From Trueperaceae bacterium (GTDB lineage Bacteria; Deinococcota; Deinococci; Deinococcales; Trueperaceae), in the NCBI GenBank assembly GCA_965213705.1, contig OZ243913.1, forward strand, positions 1,216,001-1,280,000: a DNA stretch of 64,000 nucleotides. Reading direction: 5' to 3'. The translations under genes were made by a program, and so were the position numbers. Of the stretch, positions 19,851-29,737 are shown one piece after another (positions within the stretch are counted from its first letter, which is position 1; the number at the start of each line of letters is the position of its first letter). The notes beneath the pieces were generated by a model that was not told the DNA's origin, searched no databases, and saw nothing but the letters and a program-made list of their open reading frames with translations.

Positions 19851-22228
19851 CACACCACCTCGAAGGTGGCGGCGGCTTCGCGGAGCCTGTCCAACTGTGG
19901 GCTGTCGCCACGAATAAAGACGGGCAGACGGTCCAAGGGCGCAGGGGCAACAACGGTTTGGGAACCAGCGAAGTGCGCACCGCTCCAAAAATCCACCCAG
20001 TCTCCGGGCGGAAGAGTCACCTCTCGAGTCTGCGCGCCTTTTTCCAACACGGGGCATACCAGAAGGTCGCGCCCGAACAGGTAGCTGCTGGCGTCACGCA
20101 TGAGCGCGTCGTGGGCCTCGGGCCAGACGAGGCCGGGATAGCGCATGAGGGGCTGGCCCGCCTCGGCGAGGGCCTTTGCTTCTTCCATGATGTAGTCGAG
20201 AAGGTGCATACGGAGCTTGGCGTAGGCGCGGTAAATCGTGAGGGCACGGGCGTCGTCGGAGCGCTCGGCGATATTCCAGGGGGTGCGGTCGCGGCTCTCA
20301 CCCGCGGTGTGCAGTTCGGAGTGGTACTGCATGACAGGGCAGAAGCAGGCCATTTGCGCCGAGCGCACGTACAGTTCGACGGTGGGCACCTCGCCGCTGA
20401 AGCCGCCGATGTCCCAGCCCCAAATGGAAACGCCTGCCAGCCCGGCGCTGAGGCCGGCCTGGATGCTGGCGCGGAAGGCGCTCCAGGTGCTGTTCTCGTC
20501 CCCCGCCCAGTGCGCCGGAGAACGTTGCGCGCCCGTGTAACCGGCTCGAGAAAAGGTAATCCCGTCGCCACCCGTCATGCGGCGCACGAAATCGTGGTAG
20601 GCGTCGACGTAAGCTTGGGGATAGCGGTTGACGAGTTCGACTCCCCGTTGCCCGTTGTGAGCGACGAGGTCGCGCCCCCAGAGGTGCTCGCCCCCGTCCG
20701 TCTTCAGGCCGTCGATGCCGAGTTCGTCGAACAGGTACCGGCGCTTGCCCAGCCACCAGTTCAGAGCTTCGGGGTGGGTGACGTCCAAAACGAGCGCGTC
20801 GGTGAACCACCACCCCTTGTTGCGGTAGGGCGTGCCGTCGGCGTTCTTGACGGCGTAGCCTTGCTCGAGCATGTACGCTTCGTCCGCGTCGTGCTGGGGG
20901 TGGGGCGCGTCGAGCTTCTTTTGGACGGGAATCTGCCACAGCAAAACGCGCACACCGTTTTCGTGACACTCGTCAATCATGGCTTTCGGGTCGGGCCAGC
21001 GCTCGCCGAAGCGGAAGTCGGTCAGCTGTAAGCGCTCGGAGCCTGCGACCGGGTCGTGCTCGGCGTCGTTGAAGATGTAAAACGTGCTCTCGTCGCTCCA
21101 GGCCTCGAGCACGAGTACGGTAGCGGGCACCTCCTCTTTTAGTGTGCGCCTCACCGCCGCTTCGACCTTGGTTTGAGTGTTCCAGGTGTTGGCGCTCATC
21201 CACGGCCCGAAGGCCCACTTAGGCGGCAAGGCTATCTCACCCGTGAGGCGCGTGTAAGCGCTCGTCACGCCGTACGGTTCGTCCCCGACGATGAGGTACT
21301 GGTGCAGGGCGGCGTCACGGCTCGGCACGACGTCGACGGTAACCACGGCGTCGTCACCGCGAGCGTCCAGGTAGCTGGGCGCGTCGGTGTCGAACCAAAC
21401 GCCCCAGGCACAAGAGGAGAGGAAGAAGGGAACGGGCAAGTAGGTCCGTCCCCCTTGCTCTTTGTATTCCTCGTAGACTCGCACGTCCCAACTCCGACCG
21501 CGCAGACCGGGTTCGGTGAAGCGCTCGCCGAGGCCGTACAGCTCTTCCTGGCCCAACGCAAAAGCGGTGCGGAAGCGGGTGACGTTGCCGTTGGGAAGCT
21601 CGAGCCACGCCACTGCAGCACTGCTGCGAGCGCGGGCGACATTTTCGCCGGGGCGGTGCAAAGTGAGTTCTGATGAGTCTTCTCGAATTCTCACCTCGAC
21701 GCCCTCGGCGGCTACGGTGGCGACGCCTTCCTGGCGAACCATTTTGCAGGCGAGTTTACCCTCAGGTAACGATGCGTCACTCGTTTGGAAACTCACCCTG
21801 CACACGCCGACCTCAGGAAAAGACAGATAAAGATGGGCTGTTGCCCCGTCGCCGGTCAGCAGGGAGACGTGCGCTACCGTATCGTGCGCTTCCACAGCAG
21901 CAACGCGCTCCACCCGCCGCCAGCAGCCGACCTCGAGAGCAAAGGGTCCCGCCGTCTCTTCGCCGGACGCTGTTCGGGCGTGAAGGGTGTAGCTGTGCGA
22001 ACCGGACTCGAGCTTGGGCAGCAGCGCGGTCCACACGTCGCCGCCGACCCATTGGGCCGGAAACCGACTTGCCTCGCCGCCGACGGTGAGCGCCACCCAG
22101 GCTTTCGTCGCCGCTGGAACAACGAAGCCGACCTGGACAGCCTCACCGGGTTCGGGGTCGCGGGGGAAACGCTCGGTCGGGAGGCGCTTGTAAGGGTCGT
22201 CGACGCCGTAAGGGTGGTGTTGAATCAT
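19850..22228 (-). CDS. GH31 glycoside hydrolase, cycloalternan-degrading-enzyme-like
   Basis: YGLGERF, GPWMSAN.W, LEAWSDE, DGLKTDGGEH nucleophile motif, HWAGD, WGWDIGGFSG, MQYHSE. Confidence 0.85.
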   Translation of the reverse strand: MIQHHPYGVDDPYKRLPTERFPRDPEPGEAVQVGFVVPAATKAWVALTVGGEASRFPAQWVGGDVWTALLPKLESGSHSYTLHARTASGEETAGPFALEVGCWRRVERVAAVEAHDTVAHVSLLTGDGATAHLYLSFPEVGVCRVSFQTSDASLPEGKLACKMVRQEGVATVAAEGVEVRIREDSSELTLHRPGENVARARSSAAVAWLELPNGNVTRFRTAFALGQEELYGLGERFTEPGLRGRSWDVRVYEEYKEQGGRTYLPVPFFLSSCAWGVWFDTDAPSYLDARGDDAVVTVDVVPSRDAALHQYLIVGDEPYGVTSAYTRLTGEIALPPKWAFGPWMSANTWNTQTKVEAAVRRTLKEEVPATVLVLEAWSDESTFYIFNDAEHDPVAGSERLQLTDFRFGERWPDPKAMIDECHENGVRVLLWQIPVQKKLDAPHPQHDADEAYMLEQGYAVKNADGTPYRNKGWWFTDALVLDVTHPEALNWWLGKRRYLFDELGIDGLKTDGGEHLWGRDLVAHNGQRGVELVNRYPQAYVDAYHDFVRRMTGGDGITFSRAGYTGAQRSPAHWAGDENSTWSAFRASIQAGLSAGLAGVSIWGWDIGGFSGEVPTVELYVRSAQMACFCPVMQYHSELHTAGESRDRTPWNIAERSDDARALTIYRAYAKLRMHLLDYIMEEAKALAEAGQPLMRYPGLVWPEAHDALMRDASSYLFGRDLLVCPVLEKGAQTREVTLPPGDWVDFWSGAHFAGSQTVVAPAPLDRLPVFIRGDSPQLDRLREAAATFEVV

Positions 22229-22252
22229 CCAAGTCTCCGCCGAAAGGGCCGA

Positions 22253-23476
22253 CTACCGACCGAGCAAAGCTTCGACACGGTCTTGGGCGCTCGCAAGGGC
22301 TTCTTCGACGGTCTTGGTGCCGAGGCGCGCCGCCTCCAACTCCTGGTTGATGATGTCTTGCAGTTCGGGCTGGTTCTCGACGACGGGCGGGGTAACGGCG
22401 TATTCGAGTGACGCAAATACGGCGTCGCGGTCGGCGGGCGCGCCGCGCTCTAAGTAAGGCTGGAGGACACCGGCATTGTCCAAGGATAGAGCGGGCAGTT
22501 CCCAGTTGCTCTCGATGCGGGTTTGGGTGACTTCGGGGCTGCTGGCGAGGAACTTCACCCACTGCCAGGCCGCGTCGCCAACGTCGCTGTCGTTGGCAAT
22601 CCCCGCGGCGTTGGCGAAGAAGTGCGTAGCCTTGCGAGCGCTGCCAGGCTCGACGGCAATATCCCAGTCGAAAGCGGCATCTTGGAACTTGTCGAACATC
22701 CAGATGCCCGAAACGAGCATCCCGAGTTGACCGTTTAAGAAGAGGTCTTCGTTGGCGACGCCTGAGAGTTGCGCGTCCGTGGGCATGACGCCGGCCGTCT
22801 GCACCTTGTCGACCAGGTAGTGCAGCGCTTGGCGGTTTTCCGGCGTGTCAATACGGATTTCGGAACCCACCTCGAGCCCGCCCCCAGCAGCGGCCGCCGT
22901 TTTGTAGAACTCCCAAAACTGAACCGGTTGGTAGATGCCCCACACGCGCTTCGACGGGTCGGTCAGCTTTTCGGCAGCGCTCATGACGTCGTCCCAGGTC
23001 CAGTCATTGGTGGGGTATTCGAGTCCGGCGTCGTCGAAGAGGTCCTTGTTGTAGTAAAGCACAACCGTCGAGAAGGTGATGGGAAGACCGTACTGGACGC
23101 CGTCGTACTGGAAAGCGTCTAACGCAGCTGGGTAAAACGTGTCTGCGGCGATGCCGGCCTCGCCTTCCAGGTAAGGTGTGAGCGGTTTGAGCGTCTCTCG
23201 AGAGGCAAAGGTGACGAAGTTTTCGTAATTGAGTTCGAACACGTCGGGTGCGTTGCCTGCTGCAAAGTCTGTTTGAAGCTTGGTGAAGTAGTTGTCAAAT
23301 GGGGCGGTGGCGTACTCGATGTTTATTTCAGGGTGTTGGGCTTCGAAAGCGTTAATGAGGGCTTCAAGGTCGGCCACATGGTCCTGGTTGGTCGTAAAGC
23401 TGTAGTAGTTGACAGTCGTCTGCGCAGCAGCCAAGCTAACAAAGAGAATAAAGGCGGCTAGGAAAAACTTTTTCAT
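22253..23476 (-). CDS. Sugar ABC transporter substrate-binding protein
   Basis: Signal peptide MKKFFL...AAA-Q, APDVF, YGLP, LYYNKDLFD.AG; AGGAG RBS. Confidence 0.92.
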   Translation of the reverse strand: MKKFFLAAFILFVSLAAAQTTVNYYSFTTNQDHVADLEALINAFEAQHPEINIEYATAPFDNYFTKLQTDFAAGNAPDVFELNYENFVTFASRETLKPLTPYLEGEAGIAADTFYPAALDAFQYDGVQYGLPITFSTVVLYYNKDLFDDAGLEYPTNDWTWDDVMSAAEKLTDPSKRVWGIYQPVQFWEFYKTAAAAGGGLEVGSEIRIDTPENRQALHYLVDKVQTAGVMPTDAQLSGVANEDLFLNGQLGMLVSGIWMFDKFQDAAFDWDIAVEPGSARKATHFFANAAGIANDSDVGDAAWQWVKFLASSPEVTQTRIESNWELPALSLDNAGVLQPYLERGAPADRDAVFASLEYAVTPPVVENQPELQDIINQELEAARLGTKTVEEALASAQDRVEALLGR

Positions 23477-23540
23477 ACTCACTCCTTAGGTGTAAGAGGT
23501 TTGGTTGTGAAATGTCTCAGGGGTTTAGGAAGCGAAAGAG

Positions 23541-24737
23541 TCAATCACCTCCTGTCAATGAGGCAGCCTCGGTGAGGTAGCGGCTGGCAGCCAAGGCGGC
23601 AGCCCCCCGCGCCCAAGCATCCTCCCCCCAGTTGTCCACAACGAGGTGAACATGCTTAGCTAAGTCTCCAAACGCGTGCTTACTGAGAGACGCCTTAGCG
23701 CGGGGCAGCATAAACTCGGCCGAGCGCATTCCCTCCCCGCTGAGGATGATGAGGCTGGGGGCGAAGATGTTGACGAGGGTGCTTAGAGCTAGCCCGAGCG
23801 TTTCCCCCGCCCCCTCGAGCACGGCGACGGCTTCTACATGACCCTGCTGAGCAAACTCGAGAAGCGTATCAGGTGTAGCCTCATTTGGAAAACCGGGAAC
23901 GTTACGTCTGGCTTGCTCGAGCAGAGCGTAGTCAGAAAGGTAGGCTTCGACCGAGCCTTGCTGCGTGTGCCGACTTTCAGGCCCTGATGAGTCGAGAACC
24001 GAATGTCCAAACTCACCTGCCCCGCCCCGCGGCCCCCGGTACACCTCGCCGCCGATGACGATGCCTAAACCTACGCCCCGGCCCAAAGTGACCACGAGAA
24101 AATCCTCATGCTGTTTCCCGGACCCGAACCAAGCCTCGGCCACGGCCAGCGCGTTGACATCATTCTCGACAAGGGTGGGGAGACTTAAGCGCTCTTCTAA
24201 AAGCTGCGCGAGTGGCGTGTCCGACCAATTAAGGAGAGCGGAGTGGCGTACTCTGCCCGTGTCCTGCTCGACAATGCCGGGCAGGTTGACTCCCAAGCCG
24301 ACAAGCTCCTTTTTTTCAAAGCCAACCTCCGCACAAAGGAGAGCAGTCAAACGCTCGATAACCTTCAGCACAGTTTCCAGGTCGTGATGCTCGAGCGCTT
24401 CGAAACACGAGGCCAGCACCTCAGCGTTCAGGTCAGCTAAAACCGCCGTCACTCCTACGTTGCTGACTTTGAAACCCACGACATGAGCATGCCCATAGTT
24501 TACGGCGAGCAAAATCGGTTTGCGTCCCACCGTCTTGGATACCCCTTGACGGTCTTCATAAACCAATCCTGCCTCAATCAAAGTCCCAGTGATAGCGGTG
24601 AGTGTGGCGGGGCTGAGCTGCAACTCGGTGGCAAGGTCACTGCGCGAAATTCTTGTAGCTCGGTGGATGGCGTTCAGTACAACCCCTTGATTCACCGAAC
24701 GGATTTTTTCGCGTGCCAGTCCAGCCGAAGCAGCCAT
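23541..24737 (-). CDS. ROK-family transcriptional repressor
   Basis: N-terminal HTH (ISRSDLA...GRKP), ENDVNALAVAE, GVGLG, GEFGH. Confidence 0.92.
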   Translation of the reverse strand: MAASAGLAREKIRSVNQGVVLNAIHRATRISRSDLATELQLSPATLTAITGTLIEAGLVYEDRQGVSKTVGRKPILLAVNYGHAHVVGFKVSNVGVTAVLADLNAEVLASCFEALEHHDLETVLKVIERLTALLCAEVGFEKKELVGLGVNLPGIVEQDTGRVRHSALLNWSDTPLAQLLEERLSLPTLVENDVNALAVAEAWFGSGKQHEDFLVVTLGRGVGLGIVIGGEVYRGPRGGAGEFGHSVLDSSGPESRHTQQGSVEAYLSDYALLEQARRNVPGFPNEATPDTLLEFAQQGHVEAVAVLEGAGETLGLALSTLVNIFAPSLIILSGEGMRSAEFMLPRAKASLSKHAFGDLAKHVHLVVDNWGEDAWARGAAALAASRYLTEAASLTGGD

Positions 24738-24754
24738 CTCTCCTCCGCGTTCAT

Positions 24755-24804
24755 ATAGTTTGTTTAGTAAAGCAATTATTAGGTTATGTCGCCTGATTTG
24801 TCAA
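24755..24804 (-). promoter_or_regulatory. Sigma70 promoter with overlapping ROK/XylR-type operator
   Basis: Minus strand TTGACA-17 nt-TAATAA; imperfect palindrome ATAGTTTGTTT-agt-AAAGCAATTAT at 24755-24779. Confidence 0.65.
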
Positions 24805-24864
24805 TAGGGTTACATGCGTAGATAGGGGTTCTAATTTTCTATGAAGTTTTCTCACAGAGGTTCG

Positions 24865-24892
24865 ACGTCTCATAAAGGAGGTTAAGTGACGT
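24865..24892. other. dif-like tyrosine recombinase site, family 1
   Basis: ACGTCTCATAA-AGGAGG-TTAAGTGACGT; arms 9/11 inverted. Confidence 0.65.
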
Positions 24893-24968
24893 TGATTACT
24901 CGGAGTCGGACTTTTCAAAATAAGTAACACAATGTCCTTCGGTTACTTACACCCTCACGCCAGTGAAG

Positions 24969-26495
24969 CTAAACATGCCTTCTGTTTTGAGAACTAAACC
25001 AGACCCGGTAAGTCAGCATCAAAGTGCGCGCTTCAGTCTCTGCCTTGAACTCGGGAAGTAAGCCTTTTCGGCAGGTGGGGCACCTGTTGTAAGGAAAACT
25101 TCTCGGCTTGGAGCGCCAAAACAAAGGTTCAAGCCCCGCCGGGATACGCGACGGGGAGGCGGTGACGAACACCATATCGGTGTTGCAGCAGCTGCTCTTC
25201 GTCACGACAAGTGGGCAGTGACCCGCTAACTTTGGGTCGACGCCGAAACGCTCAAGGTAACTTTTGACAAAGCTGAGCTTGGCAATGTCATGGTCGCCCT
25301 TGTGGGCTGCGGGTGAACGCGGTCTCGGCTGCAGCACGTGCCTGAACTGGCGATGGTGGTCCTGACAGCTCTCACACTCATGAGCCTTGCCGAACTGCCA
25401 GACGAAAGGGTCGTCGATGAGGTCTTTTATGTTAAGGCGAAGTGTCGCTTCGGCCGCTCGCTTTGAAAGTTGAGCCGTGTTGCGGGTGAGTTGAATCGTG
25501 GCTACTTGTTTACCGCCATTGAAAACGAGCACGCGCTCACCCGAGCGCCTGAACTGGTGGTGGCTCAGGCGCTTCGCCTCCAAGCGGCGGCCCTCGCAGC
25601 CGTCGTAATGCAGCCGGCAGTCGCTGGCAACCCGAATTTGCTCGGGTTCCGCCAAGGCCTCACTCAGAAGAAACCAAGCCGCGGCCATTGTCACCTCGTT
25701 CTGTGAGCAAGGCGCGTCGCCCTCGTGCAGAAGCGCGGGTGCTCGGCCGCCCGTGTCCAAAGAAACCAGTGCACCGCAAGCAGGGCAGGCGTACGCCGTT
25801 TCAGCCGAGGCGTTCTGGGCGTGAACCAACCCGACAGCGGAGAAAGCGTAGGGAACGGTTCGGCGCTGCCGGTCGCGTTCGGCGTCTCGAAGCTTTTGGT
25901 ACTCGTCGCACACGCCACACGACCGTTTGAAAGGCACCCTCGGTCGCCACACAGCCGGTTCGCCCTTGCGAACGGCTTCAAGCTCGAGCCACGGCAAGCC
26001 TGCCTCGCCGAGCGCTCGAGCCTTGGCCTCGCTCACCTCGTGCGCGTAGTAGATTTCGAACCCCATCACCACCGCGCCGGCCTGGAGAAGCGCAACGTCC
26101 AGGCGCTGACGACCGAACACCTGCTCGAGTGTGACCTGGTCGTAAGCGGGCAAGGCCACTTCGATGCGGGCGGTGTTTGTGCAACTCACGCGGCCGCCGT
26201 CCACGCTCTCGTGTCCTTGACAAGGTTGCACCAGGGTAAGGGTGTCGGGAAAACCCGCAAGATACTCGGCCAGGAGGCGCTTGCTCGCTTTGTGGAGAAC
26301 ACTCTCTTCAGTGCAGAATCCGCCGCGCGTCTCGGCGTAGTGCGCGAAGTGGGCCGCTCTCTTTGAGCCTCTGCGCACCCGGACATGGGTGCCGCAGTCG
26401 AGACACGTGTAAAAGTAGGCCAGCTTGGGGGCGGTAGCCGGGTCGGCGACGTTGCCCTCGGGCGTAACGGCGAAAGGAACCCCGTCGCCTTTCAT
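24969..26495 (-). CDS. CoiA-like zinc-finger/PD-(D/E)XK nuclease with internal duplication
   Basis: CLDCG...HFAH, ES.LH..K, E...RLDVAL...FEIYYAH; second degenerate copy VPYA...CPACG; leaderless start TAGACT-5 nt-ATG. Confidence 0.7.
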   Translation of the reverse strand: MKGDGVPFAVTPEGNVADPATAPKLAYFYTCLDCGTHVRVRRGSKRAAHFAHYAETRGGFCTEESVLHKASKRLLAEYLAGFPDTLTLVQPCQGHESVDGGRVSCTNTARIEVALPAYDQVTLEQVFGRQRLDVALLQAGAVVMGFEIYYAHEVSEAKARALGEAGLPWLELEAVRKGEPAVWRPRVPFKRSCGVCDEYQKLRDAERDRQRRTVPYAFSAVGLVHAQNASAETAYACPACGALVSLDTGGRAPALLHEGDAPCSQNEVTMAAAWFLLSEALAEPEQIRVASDCRLHYDGCEGRRLEAKRLSHHQFRRSGERVLVFNGGKQVATIQLTRNTAQLSKRAAEATLRLNIKDLIDDPFVWQFGKAHECESCQDHHRQFRHVLQPRPRSPAAHKGDHDIAKLSFVKSYLERFGVDPKLAGHCPLVVTKSSCCNTDMVFVTASPSRIPAGLEPLFWRSKPRSFPYNRCPTCRKGLLPEFKAETEARTLMLTYRVWFSSQNRRHV

Positions 26496-26824
26496 AGCTC
26501 AGTCTAAATAGCGACGTGCTGGTAAGACGTAAAAATTCGACACCTTACTCGGGGTGTCAGCTCACGTCTACCGAGTCGGAAAATCTGTTCGCACTTGACA
26601 GCCAAACGCGCTAAATACTTCACACTCACACACGTCATGAAATTTATCACCAGTCACAAGGCCGGTCATGAGGAAGGTACAGGGTGAGTCATAGATAGCG
26701 CCTCGACCTGGATAAGTCGACACATCTCCAGACAATTAAAGTGCTGAGAGGAAGAAAACTCGTCTGCTTCAAAAACACGGGAGAGTCGGCGTTGGGCCAA
26801 AAATCACTAGCAGTGAGGCACGAG

Positions 26825-27799
26825 CTAGTACCGCACCCGAAAGGTCGGGCTGTCCTCGGGTCGCATGGTCCGGCGGTCATAGCCCCTGGTCGTGTCGATT
26901 TTCGAATGCCCTACCCACTCCTGCACCTTGGCGATGTCCGCTTCGTGTTCCAACGCGTTGGTAATGGCCGTGGCCCGGAGGGCGTGGACACAAAAGCCGT
27001 CCACCGCCGAGACACCCACCTCGTCGGCATACTTTTTGATGAGGGTGAGCACCCCCCGGGCCGTCATCGCTTTGTCGATGCTGGTTTTACTGTTCTTGGT
27101 CACCGGTCTGAACAGGGGTCCGGCCTTGTCCGCTTTGTGGCCTGCCGCTTCGAGGTAGGTATCAATCAGTCGCAAAGACTGGGGTGCGGCCGGGATACTC
27201 CAGAGCTTGTCACCCTTACCGTGGACCCGCAACTGGGTCACGCCCCGGTCTTCGTGGACGTCTCTCACCGTGAGCTTGACAAGTTCACTGCGCCGCAGGG
27301 CGTGGAACAAAAAAACTGACAGGATAGCGCGGTCTCGTTGACCTTTCAAGGTGTCATCAGGTGGGGCTGCCAGTAGGGCTCGAGCCTGGGCGTCACCGAT
27401 GGCCGGGGTTTTCTTCGAAGGCTTGTCCGGGCGCTTGACCCCTTGGGTGGGGTTGACTTCAACGGCGTTGTTCTCACACAGGTAGTCGTAAAGCGAACTC
27501 ACCGCGGACAACTTGCGCCGAATCGTGGCCGCGGCCAGGCCCAGTTCTTTGAGCTGGTCGCGCCAGTGAATCACGTGGGACCGGGTGACGTGTCTAAACT
27601 CGGTCGGCTCGCTAATGCCCACGAACTGCATGAAGTCGCGGACGTCTCGCCGGTAAGCCACGCGGGTGTTTTCGTTGTCGAGGTTGGCAAACCATTCGAC
27701 TTCCGGGGGAACGTCCGCCAACGCCAAGAACTGCGCGTCGGTTAAGCGCCGGGTCTGAAGCGTGTGGGCTCGAGCTTTCGTTCTTTCAATGTCGCTCAT
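26825..27799 (-). CDS. Tyrosine recombinase (XerC/D-like)
   Basis: RDRAIL, ALRRSEL, HGKGDK, HALRAT, GH, TTRGY; leaderless start TAAAGT-6 nt-ATG. Confidence 0.93.
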   Translation of the reverse strand: MSDIERTKARAHTLQTRRLTDAQFLALADVPPEVEWFANLDNENTRVAYRRDVRDFMQFVGISEPTEFRHVTRSHVIHWRDQLKELGLAAATIRRKLSAVSSLYDYLCENNAVEVNPTQGVKRPDKPSKKTPAIGDAQARALLAAPPDDTLKGQRDRAILSVFLFHALRRSELVKLTVRDVHEDRGVTQLRVHGKGDKLWSIPAAPQSLRLIDTYLEAAGHKADKAGPLFRPVTKNSKTSIDKAMTARGVLTLIKKYADEVGVSAVDGFCVHALRATAITNALEHEADIAKVQEWVGHSKIDTTRGYDRRTMRPEDSPTFRVRY

Positions 27800-27830
27800 G
27801 CTTGGACTTTAACACGTGGCTACTCCTATT

Positions 27831-27858
27831 GGTACTCATAAAAGACGTTATAGGTAGT
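27831..27858. other. dif-like tyrosine recombinase site, family 1
   Basis: GGTACTCATAA-AAGACG-TTATAGGTAGT, ~30 nt upstream of the recombinase start. Confidence 0.6.
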
Positions 27859-27979
27859 AATGGGTGTTGCGGGAGGATGAGTTTTGGATGGCTTGGGAGT
27901 GAAGGTGTTTTTCCTAGACAGCGATTTGTGGTAAGAAAAGATGTTCACCTAATTCCGGCTCACGGTGATATATTGAAAT

Positions 27980-28237
27980 ATGGAACAACTACAAAAACAG
28001 ACAATCCGTTTCGATAGCCAAGGTAGGGCACTTATACCTAAGGTCTTTCGTGAGGCGATGGGGGTTAACGGTGGCGGGGAAGCGGTCGCCTGGCTCGAGG
28101 AGGGACGGTTGGTCTTGGAATCCAGGGCGGCCTTGCTCGAGCGACTCAAGGCGCGTTACCGGGATGTCGAAGGCTCTATGGCCGACGAGCTTATTCAAGA
28201 GCGGCGCGAAGAAGCGGCGCGGGAAGCGCAGGAGTGA
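27980..28237 (+). CDS. AbrB/MazE-type antitoxin
   Basis: DSQGRALIPK.FREAMG; leaderless start TATATT-5 nt-ATG. Confidence 0.88.
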   Translation: MEQLQKQTIRFDSQGRALIPKVFREAMGVNGGGEAVAWLEEGRLVLESRAALLERLKARYRDVEGSMADELIQERREEAAREAQE

Positions 28238-28617
28238 ACGGAGGCCCGGAGGTGCTCGACGCTTCAGCGTTGTTGGCGCTGTTGCAGGAAGAGCCGGGTG
28301 GGGAAAGCGTCAAGTTGGGCGGTTCGGTCATCAACAGTGTGAATTTCGCTGAAGTGGTGCAAAAGTCGCTCGCAAAAGGGAAACCCGTGCAGCGTTTGCT
28401 CGGAGAGTTGCGGCTGTTGGGTTTGGAGGTTGCCCCGTTCACCCCGGAAGAAGGCGTGATGGCTGCCGAACTCTATAACCACACGCGCGCTGCGGGCTTA
28501 TCCCTGGGAGACCGGGCTTGCTTGGCGACGGCGCGTTCGAGGAACGGTGTCGCGGTCACCGCCGACCGAGCTTGGGACTCACCTGACCACGGTGTCGCGG
28601 TTCGGGTGATTCGGTGA
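28234..28617 (+). CDS. vapC: PIN-domain (VapC) toxin
   Basis: VLDASALLA, VNFAEV, GLSLGDRACLA, TADRAW. Confidence 0.9.
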   Translation: MNGGPEVLDASALLALLQEEPGGESVKLGGSVINSVNFAEVVQKSLAKGKPVQRLLGELRLLGLEVAPFTPEEGVMAAELYNHTRAAGLSLGDRACLATARSRNGVAVTADRAWDSPDHGVAVRVIR

Positions 28618-28659
28618 ACGCCACAGTCGGTGCCGGGACGGCCCCGTTCGGACAGGTCT

Positions 28660-29025
28660 GGGCTTCTTGAGAAACAGTTCAACCACGGGCACGGTCACGT
28701 CGGGTTTGAGTACGGGCAGCTCGAGCGTTAGAGCATCCGCAAAGCTGTCGGCGCTCGTAAACACGTCTGCGGCGTGGGGGTCGAAGCCGAGCCTTTTTAC
28801 TTCCGAGGCGTCGTGCAGAAACTGGGCGTAGTCCACCCTCTCGGCTAGGCCTTTGAGATGAACATGCAAGTACGGATAGGCGAACAGGTGCAAGTAGAGG
28901 CGTTTGCCGTTTTGGGTAGTGCGGCAGTCTGGGGGAGGGACAAAGTCGCTCTGGGTACAACGGTAAACCGAGCGGCCGTGCCGACGCATCCACTCGCCCA
29001 TACCATTCAGGCGTTCCAGCGTGAG
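28660..29025 (-). pseudogene. GH29 alpha-L-fucosidase C-terminal remnant
   Basis: ERL..MGEWM..HG.SVY, TQNGKRLYLHLF..P, LELP..KPDV.VPVVELFLK; catalytic domain absent. Confidence 0.7.
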
Positions 29026-29081
29026 GAGTTTGGCTCGAGCCGTCTTTGGTTTTTAAGTGAGGTTCTTGGCGGGTTGGCCTG

Positions 29082-29498
29082 TTAAGTGCGAGCGATAAAA
29101 GGATTGAGTATCGCTACACCCGTTCGCTGTACATCATCTACATTCCGCGTGACCAGTGTGAGGTCACGGGTCAGGGCGGTGGCGGCGAGCAGACCATCGA
29201 CCACGGGTAAGGTAGCTGTTGCATTCAAGCGCCCCCAGGTTTCGGCAATGTCACTCGTCACGGCTAGAACCCGTTCGCGGTAATCGCGTTGCAAGGTCTC
29301 GAGCCAGCTTTCATACACTTGAGCCTGAACCGGGTCACGGAGGCGGAGGCGCTCGATGCCCTGCCGAATCTCTCCGACGACGAGCACGCTGAGGAACAGG
29401 TCGTTTCCCTCAACCGTTGTAAACCAGGTTTTGACCGCTTCGTCACCCTTGGGTTTGCGGAGTTCGGATAGGACATTGGTATCGAGCAAATAGCTCAC
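29082..29498 (-). CDS. vapC: PIN-domain (VapC/FitB-like) toxin
   Basis: YLLDTNVLSELRK, GEIRQG, DGLLAATA, LVTRNVDD. Confidence 0.92.
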   Translation of the reverse strand: MSYLLDTNVLSELRKPKGDEAVKTWFTTVEGNDLFLSVLVVGEIRQGIERLRLRDPVQAQVYESWLETLQRDYRERVLAVTSDIAETWGRLNATATLPVVDGLLAATALTRDLTLVTRNVDDVQRTGVAILNPFIART

Positions 29499-29737
29499 AG
29501 CTCGACGGTGCGTGCGGGGTCGGAGGCGCGTTCAAGCTCGAGGTCGCTCAAGTCGGGACCCGTCAACAAAAAGGCTTTGAAGTCTCCGCCGCTGCCACTC
29601 AGCTTACGGTAAGTCTCAGCCGACACGAGTACGGCGACTTCTTCCCCGTGGCGCGTCACTACCTGTGGACCTTCTTGTTGGGCCTTGCGCACCAGTTCAC
29701 TGAACTTTTGTTTTGCCTCTTGTACTTGCCAGGTCAT
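29495..29737 (-). CDS. Phd/YefM-family antitoxin
   Basis: WQVQEAKQKFSELVRKA...GPQVVTRHG. Confidence 0.92.
   Translation of the reverse strand: MTWQVQEAKQKFSELVRKAQQEGPQVVTRHGEEVAVLVSAETYRKLSGSGGDFKAFLLTGPDLSDLELERASDPARTVEL

Noticed and set aside
19823..21031. 402-aa plus-strand ORF and similar long antisense ORFs (e.g. 5550-6389, 19242-20084, 26741-27319, 63146-63799)
   Set aside because: Antisense shadows of well-supported GC-rich genes, with no motifs of their own
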